Below, in pieces: positions 13,291 to 25,718 of a stretch of 64,000 bases of DNA; the first letter of the stretch is position 1, and each line of letters begins with the position of its first letter. Both the position numbers and the translations under genes were made by a program. The DNA comes from Octopus vulgaris (lineage: Eukaryota): the NCBI GenBank assembly GCA_951406725.2, contig OX597819.1:45570001-45634000 (forward strand), read 5' to 3'. The notes beneath the pieces were generated by a model. That model was not told where the DNA came from. It saw only the letters and a list, made by a program, of their open reading frames with translations, and searched no databases.

Positions 13291-14078
13291 TGATGCAAAC
13301 TCTAACCTTATTTTATTGAATATGATGGAAAGTGTCAGCTGCCAACAAGCAGCAGACTGAGGTTACACTTGTTTAGTGATTATGCTTCAAGAACCCTGCA
13401 GAGAACTCTTACAGTTCTTACAGCAATGATGAATTTTGTAGGCGTTCCATCTTTACATTTGTACCAGTCTTTTTGAGCCATGTTAATAGTTGAGTGGTGA
13501 TACTCCCAAGTGCGCCAATTACTATCGGTATCACGTCTACTCTTCTCATTAACCACAACCTTCGTATTTCCCCACTTCAAATCGTCATAGTTATTCAGTT
13601 TTTCTTCTTTCTGTTTGATCCTGTTGTCACCGGGACATGCTATGTCCTTCATCATGCAAGTTTTTTTTTCTTTATCATTCACTAGAACAATATCAGGGTT
13701 CCGATATCTGATCTGATGAACACACTGAATTATTGCATCCCACAGGATTTTTCAGTCTTCATTCTCGGTAACTCCTTCTGGGATTTGGTCATACCACGTC
13801 TTTGGTCTTTGCTCTATGTAGGCCGTGATTTCCTCAGAGCTCCCAAAGAATCATTCTTGCCGCATTGTAATCGCTTTGTGCCAATTTCGGGCATTCGCTA
13901 ATAATTTGTAATACTGTTTCACCACTGTCACCACACATTCTGCATTTGTGGCTCTTAGCTGTGTTGTTAAATTCTACACTTCACATAGTTCGTCTTTAAC
14001 ACTTGTTCTTATGTTGCGCATATAAGTCCTTCTATTTCTATCTTCAGGTCAATCCTCTGCATCTATAACCTGGCTTCT
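13291..14078 (-). mobile_element. R4/Dong-type non-LTR retrotransposon 3' end, family 2 (decayed)
   Basis: Manual translation: EGLICAT*EQVLKTNY...KCRMCGDSGETVLQIISECPKLAQ (CCHC-type knuckle, H->Q)...KILWDAIIQ...RNPDIVLV...DIACPGD...IPIVIGALG. (TAA)n on both sides. Confidence 0.88.
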
Positions 14079-14088
14079 ATTATCATCA

Positions 14089-14173
<85 letters not shown>

Positions 14174-14189
14174 CATCATTATTATTATT

Positions 14190-14383
14190 GAAGGCGACGA
14201 GCTGGCAGAATCGTTAGCACGCTGGGCAAAATGATTAACGGCATTTCGTCCGAGGTCGACTTTACCTTTCAGCCTTTCGGGGTCGATGAAATAAGTACCA
14301 GTTGAACACTGGAGTCGATAAAATCGACCAGTACCTCTCCCCCAAATTTGAGGTCTTGAGCCTATGATAGAAAGGATTGTTAC

Positions 14384-14437
<54 letters not shown>

Positions 14438-14590
14438 CATTAAAGCGGCGAGCTTGAAGAATCGCCGGGTGAAATGCTTAGAGGTATTTCGTCCGTGTTC
14501 ATGCTCTGAGTTCCAATTCCAGCGAGGTCGACTTTGCCCTTAATCCTTTCGATAAATTAAGTACCAGTGAAACACTGGGATCGATGTAAT
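14190..14590 (+). mobile_element. Two SINE-B copies (14190-14378, 14441-14590) separated by (ATT)n
   Basis: Head and body match the other SINE-B copies. Confidence 0.85.
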
Positions 14591-15983
14591 AATAATAGTA
14601 ATTTTCAATGGTTCTTTTACATTCGGAATATATATAGCTGGTATTTCCCACTCAGTATGTCTGTTATTATTGTAATCCTCACGCGAGCAGACCTCTTGTG
14701 CATGCTATTCTATTCATTGCCATATTGCACATTTTTCGGCCTCAGTGTATGTAAAACCACATTATCTAACATGCATTTTGAAGTTGTTCAGTCAATGGTT
14801 ATCAATATTTGAGGCACGCTAAAATCAAATATAAAATTTCGGGTTCATTTAGCATAGCAAAGCTGTTTTATGATTCAGTATTTTAAACGCAGAAAATCTA
14901 TTACTGTCCTTGTTCCATTAATCATAATTATGAATAAAAATATAAGAAATAATAATATTTTCGAGACTCTTAAGTCTTAGAAAGGGGTTTTTGTTTTCAG
15001 TATTGAATTATATTTGAAATTGTATTTTTACAAATCTACTGTGCACATTGATACCAGTCCATTACAGTACACCGATTTGAAAACATTGAATTGAAATGAG
15101 ATTTCAGTGAGTTATGGCAGCTGTTGCTTGGAAGTCGATCCAACAAGTATAAGCTGTTATCCTGGCTCCTGAGATCCGTTGTGTAAGATATAATAGTAAT
15201 TTTAAAGTTGAACATCATCAAATCGATAATACATTTTACTTCTCTTTCGTCATGCGCCATGCCTACAGGCGCCTGCAGTCATGGATTTCCATGCCAAAGT
15301 CTTTAGAATGAAGTCTTGAAATTTTTTTCTTTCGAAAGATAGCCGGGATATTCGGCTGTCTTTTGCTAGTATATTTGCAGTTCATTCTGCCAGTTTATTG
15401 CTTTCTCGAGCTTACATTGATATACAAAATATTTTTTACTTCTTAGGCAGGGGCCGGTTTCACCTAATATCAGGACAAGTCTACACAGAGATGGTATTTT
15501 TTGAAGCATGTGCGGAAGCCACTGGTCTTTCGAGTTCTGTATGACATAACTACAGCCCTATCTTCTGTTATTTGACCCACAACTGGAGTTCTCGACATAC
15601 AGTCCCACTCACGGTTAGAAAGGACTTGAGGGAAAGTAAAGACTAAGGGACAAATCTAAAACAGAACTATAACCTTCTTACAAAATGTTCTTTAATATTT
15701 TGTCTAAGACGGGAAAACATGTTATTTAATGTGAAACAATATTACTATAAATATTGAAACAGTTAAGTCAGGGAAAACTAGCGATGGACTGCATGGTCCC
15801 AGTATATATTAGGAGATAAAGTAAAAGAGTAGGAAAAATAAGGGCATGAAGTGTGCAACGAAAAATTTTACTTTGAAGTTTCATAATTTTGGTGCGAGCC
15901 TAATGTTTTGTATTTTCAGCAAATACTTTCCATCATAATCTCCAGTTGACTTGTACAAATCGTCGAATTTGCATACGTGTATA

Positions 15984-16035
<52 letters not shown>

Positions 16036-16081
16036 CATAGCTACACAAACACACACACATATGTATGTAGTAATTCATATA

Positions 16082-16959
16082 TCTTTAATATAAGTCCCGT
16101 TCTGTGTGTGTGTGTGTGTGTGTAAAAGATTATAACGGCCGTATTTTTCAACTGATTTTCTCCAAACTGAGAATATACATTACTTAAGTTCCTGGGGTGG
16201 TTTTTAGACTCTTAAAAAATTTCACATAATGAGTACTGACCCTCCACTGTAGAACAAAAAGCAGTTGCAACAGCTCAGAGAAACAACTTCTATGAAGCAG
16301 CTTTCAAATATGAACCAGCAGTTCATTATGCGGATAACACTAGAATTTCCATTGGTGCAATGGCAATTGAGTGCATACATTGTAAAGCAAGGAAGTGGCC
16401 TGGAGAGACACCTGCTGCAGTGGTGTAAAGGTTAAACTCCCTGCAATCCCCCAACCTCCAGATCCATTGAAGAAACTGTTGTCATCAACTGACCAAGATT
16501 CCAAGCACTTCCAGAACACAATTCGGCAATTCAACGCTACACAACAGATGACATCATTTGGAGTCGCAAGAGATTTAACTGAGCCAGGATTCATGCAAAC
16601 TTTCAAGATCCAAAGTCAGAATTATCATCGGATTGGCTTTCTACTACCTCTATTAAAAGAAGCACCAAAATCGGCCTTTCATTATTTATAATCTGCACCT
16701 GTTTTTTTGGTTACGAAATAAGCTACACAAAACGAGTTTTTGAATAACGTATATTTACTTTATATACATATATGAGTCGGAAACTTTCTTTTAACATTTT
16801 ACTTAAACGTCTATGTTCGATGCTGGCATGGGTTGGAGAGTCATTAATGTAGAAAGTTGATATCTCAGCTACTAGCAGTTGAGACCTGCGTAATCTTGAC
16901 ATTGTTTTTAAAATTTCATTCTTCTCTTTAACCCAGGCAACGCCGTGTATTCCTGCTAG
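16082..16959 (+). mobile_element. Non-autonomous Helitron with a RepHel N-terminal remnant
   Basis: A|TC start at 16082; 3' hairpin remnant acccaggcaacgccgtgt, then CTAG|T at 16956-16960. Internal translation AAFKYEP...IGAMAIECIHCKARKWPGETP/CCSGVKVKLP...PPDPLKKLL...SKHFQNTIRQFN...MTSFG...TFKIQSQNYHRIG matches Helitron RepHel N-termini. Confidence 0.88.
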
Positions 16960-17042
16960 TACATATATATAGAAATATACGATACACACACATACATTGA
17001 TATATACGTAAATATGTATATACCTATATACATATATGTTAA

Positions 17043-17160
17043 CGCGCGTGGCCTAGTAGTTAGAGTGTTGCACTCACCATCACTAGATTGTGAGGTCGAT
17101 ACCGGGACCGGTCAGTGCGTTGTACTATTCAAGAAAACATTTAATTTGATGTTGCTCTAC
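17043..17160 (+). mobile_element. SINE-D head fragment
   Basis: gcgcgtggcctagtagttagagtgttgcactca...gtcgataccgggacc matches the heads at 20218(-), 52465 and 60784. Confidence 0.7.
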
Positions 17161-17638
17161 GAGCAGGAGACTAACAGAATAATTGGTGCATCGGCAGAAA
17201 TATTTTACGATATATCTTCCAGCTCATAATATACTAATTTCAAACCCCAGCTGCCTGGAGAAGAAACGAGAAGTCACTCCGGAATGCTACCCATATCTAT
17301 TAATGCTAACCGAAGCTCAAATAATTTATTTAAGGGCAAGAGGAGAGCGTACGGGCCCAACCAAATAGTATAAATTGATGGGGAACGTTAACATGCACAA
17401 TATATGCCCTAAGGCAGACCAGCGCTACACACACACATGCACACACACACATACACACACAAACGCACACACACACATACACACACTTACACTTTTATTG
17501 AAGCTGCAAAATTATCACAAAAATTATTGTGTTCGACGATCCCGTTCGTTGGACATGACAACTGTCTATCTTAGGTATTCGAGTACTATATTTTTCACCT
17601 TGTTTTGAACTTATGTGCTCACCTGTGTATGCATATAT

Positions 17639-17677
<39 letters not shown>

Positions 17678-17957
17678 TATATATGGAGAGGGAGAGAGAA
17701 AGAGAGAGAGAGTGAGAATGAGCGAGACACATGGATGCAGTTGTCTCTCATCTTTTGTCTTTTGGCTGTTTCAGTCATTGGAATTCGGTCATCGTGAGAT
17801 ATCGGTTCCAAGTGTTTAGTACATCAGATCGACATCAGTACTAACATTTTAAAATCGGTTATTAAGCACAGGCGGTCCATTAAACGCAGACACGGAGACA
17901 CACATAGAAACATGCACAAACCTACATACACAAACATATGTGTGTGTGTATATCTAT

Positions 17958-17992
<35 letters not shown>

Positions 17993-18627
17993 TTATACAC
18001 ATATATTTATATTATCGACCGCACATGCTCAGTGCACATGTTTATGTTTGTTTGCTGGTTCGCTGCCGTAAAGTGCTCCGCGGACGACTCTCTCACTGGA
18101 TGTTAAATCAGCTGAAAGTCACAGACATGTGAGACAACTCGCTCGAAATCCCATTGAGGAGTGATGGATACCGACATGAATGAAAGCTATCAGTGATTAT
18201 ATCGGCCGATGGCCTTGTCAGGTATTCGGAGATTGCGACACAGTCAGCATTCCAGCATGAAAACTAAATATCACTCATGAGTGTTATGCATTCTCTGAAG
18301 AATTGACAATACCGTCAGCGTATGACTTTCCTGATATAACACGTTTTTCGAAACGTACATAATATGATCTAATAAATATCTTTATGCACGAACTGTCTTG
18401 TTTTGTTTTGCTTTCTATATGTATTATAAAAATTACGGAATCCAACAAAATATCACAAAAACTGTAATGTAGGCCTCTGTTCACATGAAGTTTAAATAGC
18501 GCTTATTGTTGTGCTTTTTGAATCGCAAATTTACGATCACTAACGAATTATATATGTTAGTGATTATTGTGTGTTTGTGTGTCGTTTCATGCATTTGTAT
18601 ATAAATATGTCATTGCGAAGTATAAGA

Positions 18628-18691
<64 letters not shown>

Positions 18692-19259
18692 ATTGTTTTG
18701 TTCGTCTTTGATGTCTTCCATATTGCTTTCATGAGATTAGCATCACCAAGACAAACACCGATGTAGGTAGAGACAAACAGTCATAGAACCTGACACAGAA
18801 CGTGTGTGCGAGAAAGAGCGAGGCAGACAGAGACAGAGAGAGACAAATGGACAGACAGAGACAGACAGGCAGAGACAGAGAGAGACAGATAGACAGACAG
18901 AAAGTGAGAGATTGAGTACTAGTGAATTACGGTGATTCATAGAAGAACACACGGAAAGAGAGACAGAGAGCGAGAGAGAAAGAGAGAGAAGTGACTGAAT
19001 TCAAGAGAAATGTGATAGAGTAGGACAACTGGGAAAGAGAGGGGGGTATGGGAAAAACATCGGAACAAGGAACGACCGATGTTCCAACAAAAGAAAGGAA
19101 ACAAGCCGAGATAATTCAGTAAACTTTTTTAATGGATAGGGTTGTCCTGAATGCAGTTTATTTATTTACTTATTTATTTTATTTATTATAGCCAACGGCT
19201 ATTGTAATAGACGAAAATAGCAACGTTACAGACACTATCGCTACCCCTATTATTCTTAC

Positions 19260-19780
19260 TACGGATATCATCACCACCACCATCATCACCGCCGCCGCCA
19301 CCAATAATAATAACAACGACCAATACGTCAACAATAACAACTGCAATAACGCCGACCGCCAACAACGAACATGTATAACAACATCAAGAACAACAAACAC
19401 TTTTCAACAATGCCTCCATGACCCTCAATACTATTCCCATCCAAACTACCACCACCACCACCACCACCACCACTACCACTATTACCACTACAACCACCAC
19501 TACCATCACCACCAACATCGCCACCATCATCACCACCATCACCGACATAACTACCATCAACTCAGTCACCACAACCACCACCACCAGCACCATCACCACA
19601 ACTACCACCACCACAACCACCACTATCACCACCACCACCACCATCACCACAATCACCACAACCACCACCACCACTACCATCAACACCACCACTACCACCA
19701 CCATCACCATCACTATCACAACCAGCACCAGCAACACCACCACCACCAGCAACACCACCATAACTATCACAATCACTGCA
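19260..19780. repeat. Degenerate (CAC/CAT/CAA)n array
   Basis: Directly visible. Confidence 0.9.
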
Positions 19781-19974
19781 GTTAGCGCCAAAAGTATACA
19801 CGTGATGTAGATCTAAGCACTAAAGGATCTCAACCCAGTTATATCTTATTGCGTCACACGTTTGCACAACTTACAATTTCCTACTGCAGATGCACTAGAC
19901 TGCACCATATCACAGTGTACAAACCCTCGCCAAATTACACCAAATTTCACAACACCATATTGCAAGTAAGTTGT

Positions 19975-20218
19975 AGAAAAGTTCATTCTCGAGTCATGCC
20001 GACTCATAAAGGCCGGTTTCCCGGTTTCGAACGGCGTATATATTCTCCACCTGGGTGGGGCGTCGCTCCGTCTCAAGATTCTTCATTTTCTCCAGCAGAG
20101 TGGACTGGAAATGAAGTGTTTTGCTGAAGAACACAAAGCGTCATCTGGTCCAGGAATCGAAACTAAAAAATCTCACGATTTTGAGTCCAACACTCTAACC
20201 AGTAAGCCACGCGCCTCC
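19975..20218 (-). mobile_element. SINE-D, near full length
   Basis: Reverse strand: ggaggcgcgtggcttactggttagagtgttggactca...gtttcgattcctggacc (boxes A and B)...gaaaccgggaaaccggcctttatgagtcggcatgactcgagaa. Confidence 0.75.
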
Positions 20219-20573
20219 TCCATATAGTAAGTAATCCACACCATATGATATATTTTCACAAACATTATACACACACTTCAATAACGAGTTGGATTGCACT
20301 ATTCCATATCACAGCATCATGTTCCAAACCCCTCCAACAACAACCATGATAGCAACATACACCGATTCACAAGCCACGCAACTCCAGAGACAGCTCCTCT
20401 CCATACATAGGTATACACCACCACATTCCGCATAAATTAAACAGCCACGATGTCCACATATTACACCTCTTCACACATCACAAGGTTTCACATAGTAGCA
20501 CGCGCAAACAGACATACCATTTCAAATAATGCAACACTCCCACACAGTGCTATACTACGCTGTACAATGTACC

Positions 20574-22201
20574 TTTTTTTTTTTCTTTTGGCGTTCCCTC
20601 AAGGTCGAGGATGATGGTCTTCGCGCAAATTTACTGGTGAATCCGTAGGTGACCGATAAGACCAATTCTTGATTGAAAAGATCGGTCACAGTGCGGACAT
20701 CTAGTGCCGGAAGGGAGAGTTGCACGTGGTTGTTGTTGGCGCTCCTTCCGTCGTCGTCTTTTCTCCTCCAGCTCTGCAGACCATTTCGACTCGAAAGTCG
20801 CCGTTCCCTCATGGATGGTGGTTTTCCAGAGTGGTCTGTTTTTTGCCGTTTCCTCCCAGTTAGTGAAGTCGATGTCACACTTTTTGAGGTTCGTTTTCAA
20901 GGAGTCCGTGTAGCGTTTCTTCTGGCATTCTTTTGTACGCTTGCCGTCTTTGAGTTGGGAGTAGAAGATCTGTTTGGGAAGTCGTTCGTCAGTCATTCTA
21001 ACCACGTGGCCGCGCCATCTTAGTTGGCCTTTGATGACATAGGCTTCGATGCTGGTCATTTTTGCTTCTTGTAGCACGCTGACGTTAGTTCTTCTGTCTT
21101 CCCAGCTGATGTTAAGGATCTTCCGAAGACAGCGTTGGTGAAATTTCTCGAGCGTTTTCAGGTGGTGATTATACGGGGTCCAGGTTTCGGATGCGTAAAG
21201 GAGGGTTGGAATAATGACTGCCTTGTACACCATGAGTTTGGTTTCGGTTCGGATGTCCCGATCAGCAAAAACTCTTGTTCGAAGCTTGCCGAAAGCTGTT
21301 CCTGCACACTTCAGACGGTGTTGGATTTCATCGCTGAGGTCTACCTTTGCTGACAGATGGCTCCCAAAGAAGCAGAAATGGTTCACATTTTCCAGTGGAA
21401 TTCCTTCGAATTGAATCGATGGCGGGTTGTCAACAAGAGCATTGGGATGAGGTTGGTAGTGTAAATGAGTCTTCTTGATGTTGATGCTCAGTCCAAGTTT
21501 AGTATATGCATGATGAAAAGCATTTAGGATCTGTTGGAGGTGATCCTCTCTGTAAGCTGCTACACTGTTGTCGTCGGCATATTGGAACTCTAGCAAGCTT
21601 CGCGTCATTGTCTTTGACGTACTTTTGAGGCGAGCGAGGTTGAAAAGCTTGCCGTCCATTCTGTACGAGATCTCGATACCAGGTGGAAGGTCATCTCGTA
21701 TGATGTGCAACACTGTCGCGATAAAGATGGTAAAGAGAGTTGGTGCTATCACGCAGCCTTGCTTCACTCCGGAGGTGACTTTAAAGGGTTCAGAACTGCC
21801 TCCGTCGGACTCTGGCGTGCATATTGTCGTGGAGGAGTTTGAGGATCCGGATGAACTTATCTGGGCATCCATACTGGGCGAGAATATCCCAGAGGAGCTC
21901 TCGCGAGACACGATCAAAGGCGTTGGATAGGTCGATAAAGGCCAAATAGAGCGGTTGGTGTTGCTCACGACATTTTTCTTGTAGCTGTCGCAGCGTGAAG
22001 ATCATGTCGGTTGTGCTTCATGATGGCCTAAAGCCGGTCTACGTCTCAGGAAGGATCCTCTCTGACAGCGTTTTGAGGCGGTTGTTCAGGATGCGTGCAA
22101 GAATCTTCCCAGCAGTTGCTAATAAGGAAATATCCCGGTAATTTCCACACTCAGAACGATCGCCCTTTTGTTTGTATATGTTTACAAACGAAGGGGCGAT
22201 T
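20574..22201 (-). mobile_element. 5'-truncated RTE-clade LINE with an 11-bp TSD
   Basis: TSD tacaatgtacc at 20563-20573 and 22202-22212; A-rich 3' tail; short 3' UTR with stem-loop cctcga-cc-ttgagg. Confidence 0.95.
20631..22180 (-). pseudogene. RTE reverse transcriptase (domains, thumb and C-terminal C2H2 finger), disrupted
   Basis: KGDRSECGNYRDISLL...AFIDLSNAFDRV...GVKQGCVIAPTLF...QYADD...CPHCDRSFQSRIGLIGHLRIH. Frameshift near 21810 and two in-frame stops near 22020-22040. Confidence 0.95.
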
Positions 22202-22405
22202 TACAATGTACCAACGAAGACCACACACACCAACCCTACACCATCATACTACTCCACCCGAATCACCTCAACACCTACACCCCACACCAAACTACAATTT
22301 ACATCATTCCAACAAAACTGCACCAAGGAACCCCAGCACCCAGGTATTTTATTTACAGTATGTTTCAATATAATCCTTCTCTCAACATTTATCAATTTTA
22401 TCCTT

Positions 22406-22735
22406 AAGGTGGCAAGCAGGCAGAAACGTTAGCACGCTGGACGAAATGCGCAGCCGTATTTCGTCTGCCGTTACGTTCTGAGTTCAAATCCCGCCGAGGT
22501 CGGCTTTGCATTTCATCGTTTCGGGGACGATAAATTAAGTAAAATTTCACTGCTCCGGCATCACTCCTCTATAGTCAGCCTATGAACTTTCCAGCCCCCT
22601 CGCGTAGATATATATATAAGCATTTCATACTTACGAAGGTCGATAAATTAAATACCAGTCGCATACTGGGGTCGATCTAATCGACTGGCCCCCTCCCCAA
22701 AATTTCGGGCGTCGTGCCTAGAGTTGAACAGATTA
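22406..22735 (+). mobile_element. SINE-B with an internal ~80-bp interruption and a repeated body segment
   Basis: aaggtggcaagcaggcagaaacgttagc head; the motif gcatttcat...gtcgataaattaa occurs twice; B-type tail. Confidence 0.85.
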
Positions 22736-23223
22736 AATATAAATCAGTGTCTCTCCAAACGATTGGATTTGTACTCTACAAGACAGTTGGTACTCGTAAA
22801 TGCTTACTTCAATCCTAGTTACTTGCATTTCAAATGTATCCCGCATTATGACACACCTTGTATGTTAAATATAAGATATTGATCATATCAAATGACTTTA
22901 GTGACTCTTCCAGAATGTATTTGTTACATACCTAATTCGTTCTCACTGCTTCTTGTATTTCTTTTAGTTTTCTTACGTTCAAATAATTTTTTTATATTCA
23001 CATTAAATAGACTCAGCGCATGCATGCATACGAACATCTAGTCATTCAGTACGCTAAAGCTCCGTATATGAACTAATTACTTCCTTCCTACCGTCCTTCC
23101 GTTCATCCATCCATCCATTCATCCATTCATCTATCCATCGATCCATCCTTCCTTCCTTTCGCCCTTCCTCCTAACTGACTTACATCGTTTCTGAATTCCA
23201 TCCATTTTATCTGTGCATCATAC

Positions 23224-23280
<57 letters not shown>

Positions 23281-23303
23281 GTATATGTATACATATATCC
23301 GAA

Positions 23304-23336
<33 letters not shown>

Positions 23337-23378
23337 GCATAAATGTATGTATGCATATATATATATATATATATATAT

Positions 23379-23765
23379 TAAGGTATGTAGAAAAATACAA
23401 CATGGAGAAGAACGTATAACTCTTAGAAGACGATACAATAAACACGGACAGGACATTCGAAACCCTCAGTCTTCAGTCAAGAACCGGATCATCGTAGTAA
23501 TTTCGGCTGATTAATCTTGAGATTACTAGATCACGGCCAGCCCTCCAAGAAAATCTAAGCAACGAGCATTAGAAAAACTAAGCTAGAAGCGTAGATTTCC
23601 TGGAAGAAGGATCGAATGCATACGAACACCAGGACAGCAAAAGGGACAGATATAAAAAAACAAAAAACAATAATGGAATACAGAAACATGAAATACAGAA
23701 GCATTAACGGTGAAAACAACAGTGTCTTACGACTGATAACAAGCAAACAAATTTTTTCTCTGGCG
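23379..23765. mobile_element. Unclassified interspersed repeat between (TA)n and (GA)n, possibly Penelope-like
   Basis: Non-microsatellite block bounded by microsatellites; the reverse strand carries a CTGAAGA motif. No coding evidence. Confidence 0.3.
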
Positions 23766-23773
23766 CAATATAT

Positions 23774-23830
<57 letters not shown>

Positions 23831-23841
23831 CACAGACAGAC

Positions 23842-23915
<74 letters not shown>

Positions 23916-24305
23916 ATAGACCGTAGTATATCAGGAAGATGAGAAATGAATATCTTTATTCAAAGCTCTTTGTCATCTTCAGGATTACGACCATTTCGCA
24001 AACTTTTTCAGCGTGGATGAAATTGTGCGTACACTCTTGCATTAATGCATGTTCGATATTTTACGCTACAATTGTATATTCACAAATCAATGCAAATCGT
24101 GTCTGTAAATCCATATCTTGTACTTCAAATTTAGAAATATATATATATAAATATAAATATATATATATAAGAATATATATATATATTAGTTGAAATTTAT
24201 AGAAAAACGAAAGATGTAGACAGGTGCATTACTCTGCCGCTCTGGAAAATGAAATAGTCTTTTATAGATATATATATTTACACATACACACACATGCATA
24301 TAAGA

Positions 24306-24534
24306 AATTCATTTTCGAACGCAGAGATGCCGTTGGAACAGTAGTCATCTTGGGTAAATTACTGTTACAAAGCTGAAAAACTTACTATTAAATGATAAAG
24401 CAGTTGGCCGGAGTCTTCAAGAGATATGAGTTCAACTCCCATAGCTAGCAGGTGACAATTCTTTCCGCTTTGTAAGGGTAATTAACCCAAGATTCCTGCT
24501 GCTTTAACGGCATCTCTGCTTTCGAAAATAAGTT
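24306..24534. mobile_element. MITE-like element with ~70-bp imperfect TIRs
   Basis: ttttcgaacgcagagatgccgttggaacagtagtcatcttgggtaaattactgttacaaagc (24312-24373) versus the reverse complement of 24467-24528. Confidence 0.8.
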
Positions 24535-24535
24535 A

Positions 24536-24717
24536 TCATTTTATTTGTGTGACCGCGTGTGTACCGTTGGCGATTTTTTTCCTCCGTCTTCCCTTCTCTG
24601 GATCTTTCCTTTTCCTATGTTTCTGACGAAGAGCTCCTTCCTGAGCGTCTAATAATACTATATTTGTTCCACGTCCTCGCGTTGTTGTGTTTTCTCTTTG
24701 TGTTTTCATGTTTGGAT

Positions 24718-24721
<4 letters not shown>
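24536..24721 (+). mobile_element. Penelope-like terminal repeat fragment with a deleted hammerhead
   Basis: CTGACGA-A-GAGC at 24623-24634, then cctgagcgt..aat, homologous to the reverse strand of 41584-41780 and 28302-28490. Confidence 0.55.
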
Positions 24722-24791
<70 letters not shown>

Positions 24792-24795
<4 letters not shown>

Positions 24796-24912
24796 CAAAA
24801 ATTATTATAATTATAAACATGATTATCGTAACTGCTATTTGTAAATTTTGGTATGTGTTGAACCAATTTTGCTAAGCCTAATTATGTTTATAATTATAAT
24901 AATTTTTGTATA
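24792..24912. repeat. 121-bp mini-element with 34-bp inverted arms (33/34 identical), TA-flanked
   Basis: tatacaaaaattattataattataaacatgatta (24792-24825) versus the reverse complement of 24879-24912. Confidence 0.85.
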
Positions 24913-25316
24913 AGTTTACCGATAAAGGTTCTTTTAACACACCGAACTACTTGGTAAGATTATTAATTATAGATTGATTAATTAATTTTACCATTTATTA
25001 GTATTCATATACATATATATATATATATATGAGTGCCGAAATGTTTCGGCACTCATAAGAAAAGAAAAAAATTGTTTATATTTATACACATGGATACGCA
25101 GACATATATGAGTGAATAGAAGAGGAAAGAATTTGCACACAATACATTTGGCTGGAGTTATATTTAGTAGCTGTTTGACTTAGCTATTCATGACATTCTT
25201 AATCACGTAGCACACGTCTGCCGCCGACCGTCTGATGAGCTGGAGCTATCTTACATACATGAAACCTTAAGTCATGTGGATACATGGCTAACTCTTAATA
25301 AATGTGTCAATGTATA

Positions 25317-25361
<45 letters not shown>

Positions 25362-25607
25362 GCGTGTGTGCGCGTGCATATAAATACAAATATAACACTA
25401 CTAAACGTATTTGTTTTCTTCTTCATTTGAATGTCAATTTTTTTTCCAGTCTGTCACTCTATCCAGCCATTTAACTGGGAAATGAGCCATTAATTAATGT
25501 GAGCATACGCACGCACGCTCACGCGCGCACACACACATACACACATACATATGCCTGAGTGTCTGTGTATGTACGAATGTGTGTACGAATACATGTATAT
25601 GTATATG

Positions 25608-25681
<74 letters not shown>

Positions 25682-25687
25682 CATGTA

Positions 25688-25718
<31 letters not shown>

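Noticed and set aside
20631-20700. C2H2 zinc finger suggesting a host ZNF gene (also 63360-63430)
   Set aside because: A single finger at the end of an RTE ORF followed by an RTE 3' UTR, typical of the element.
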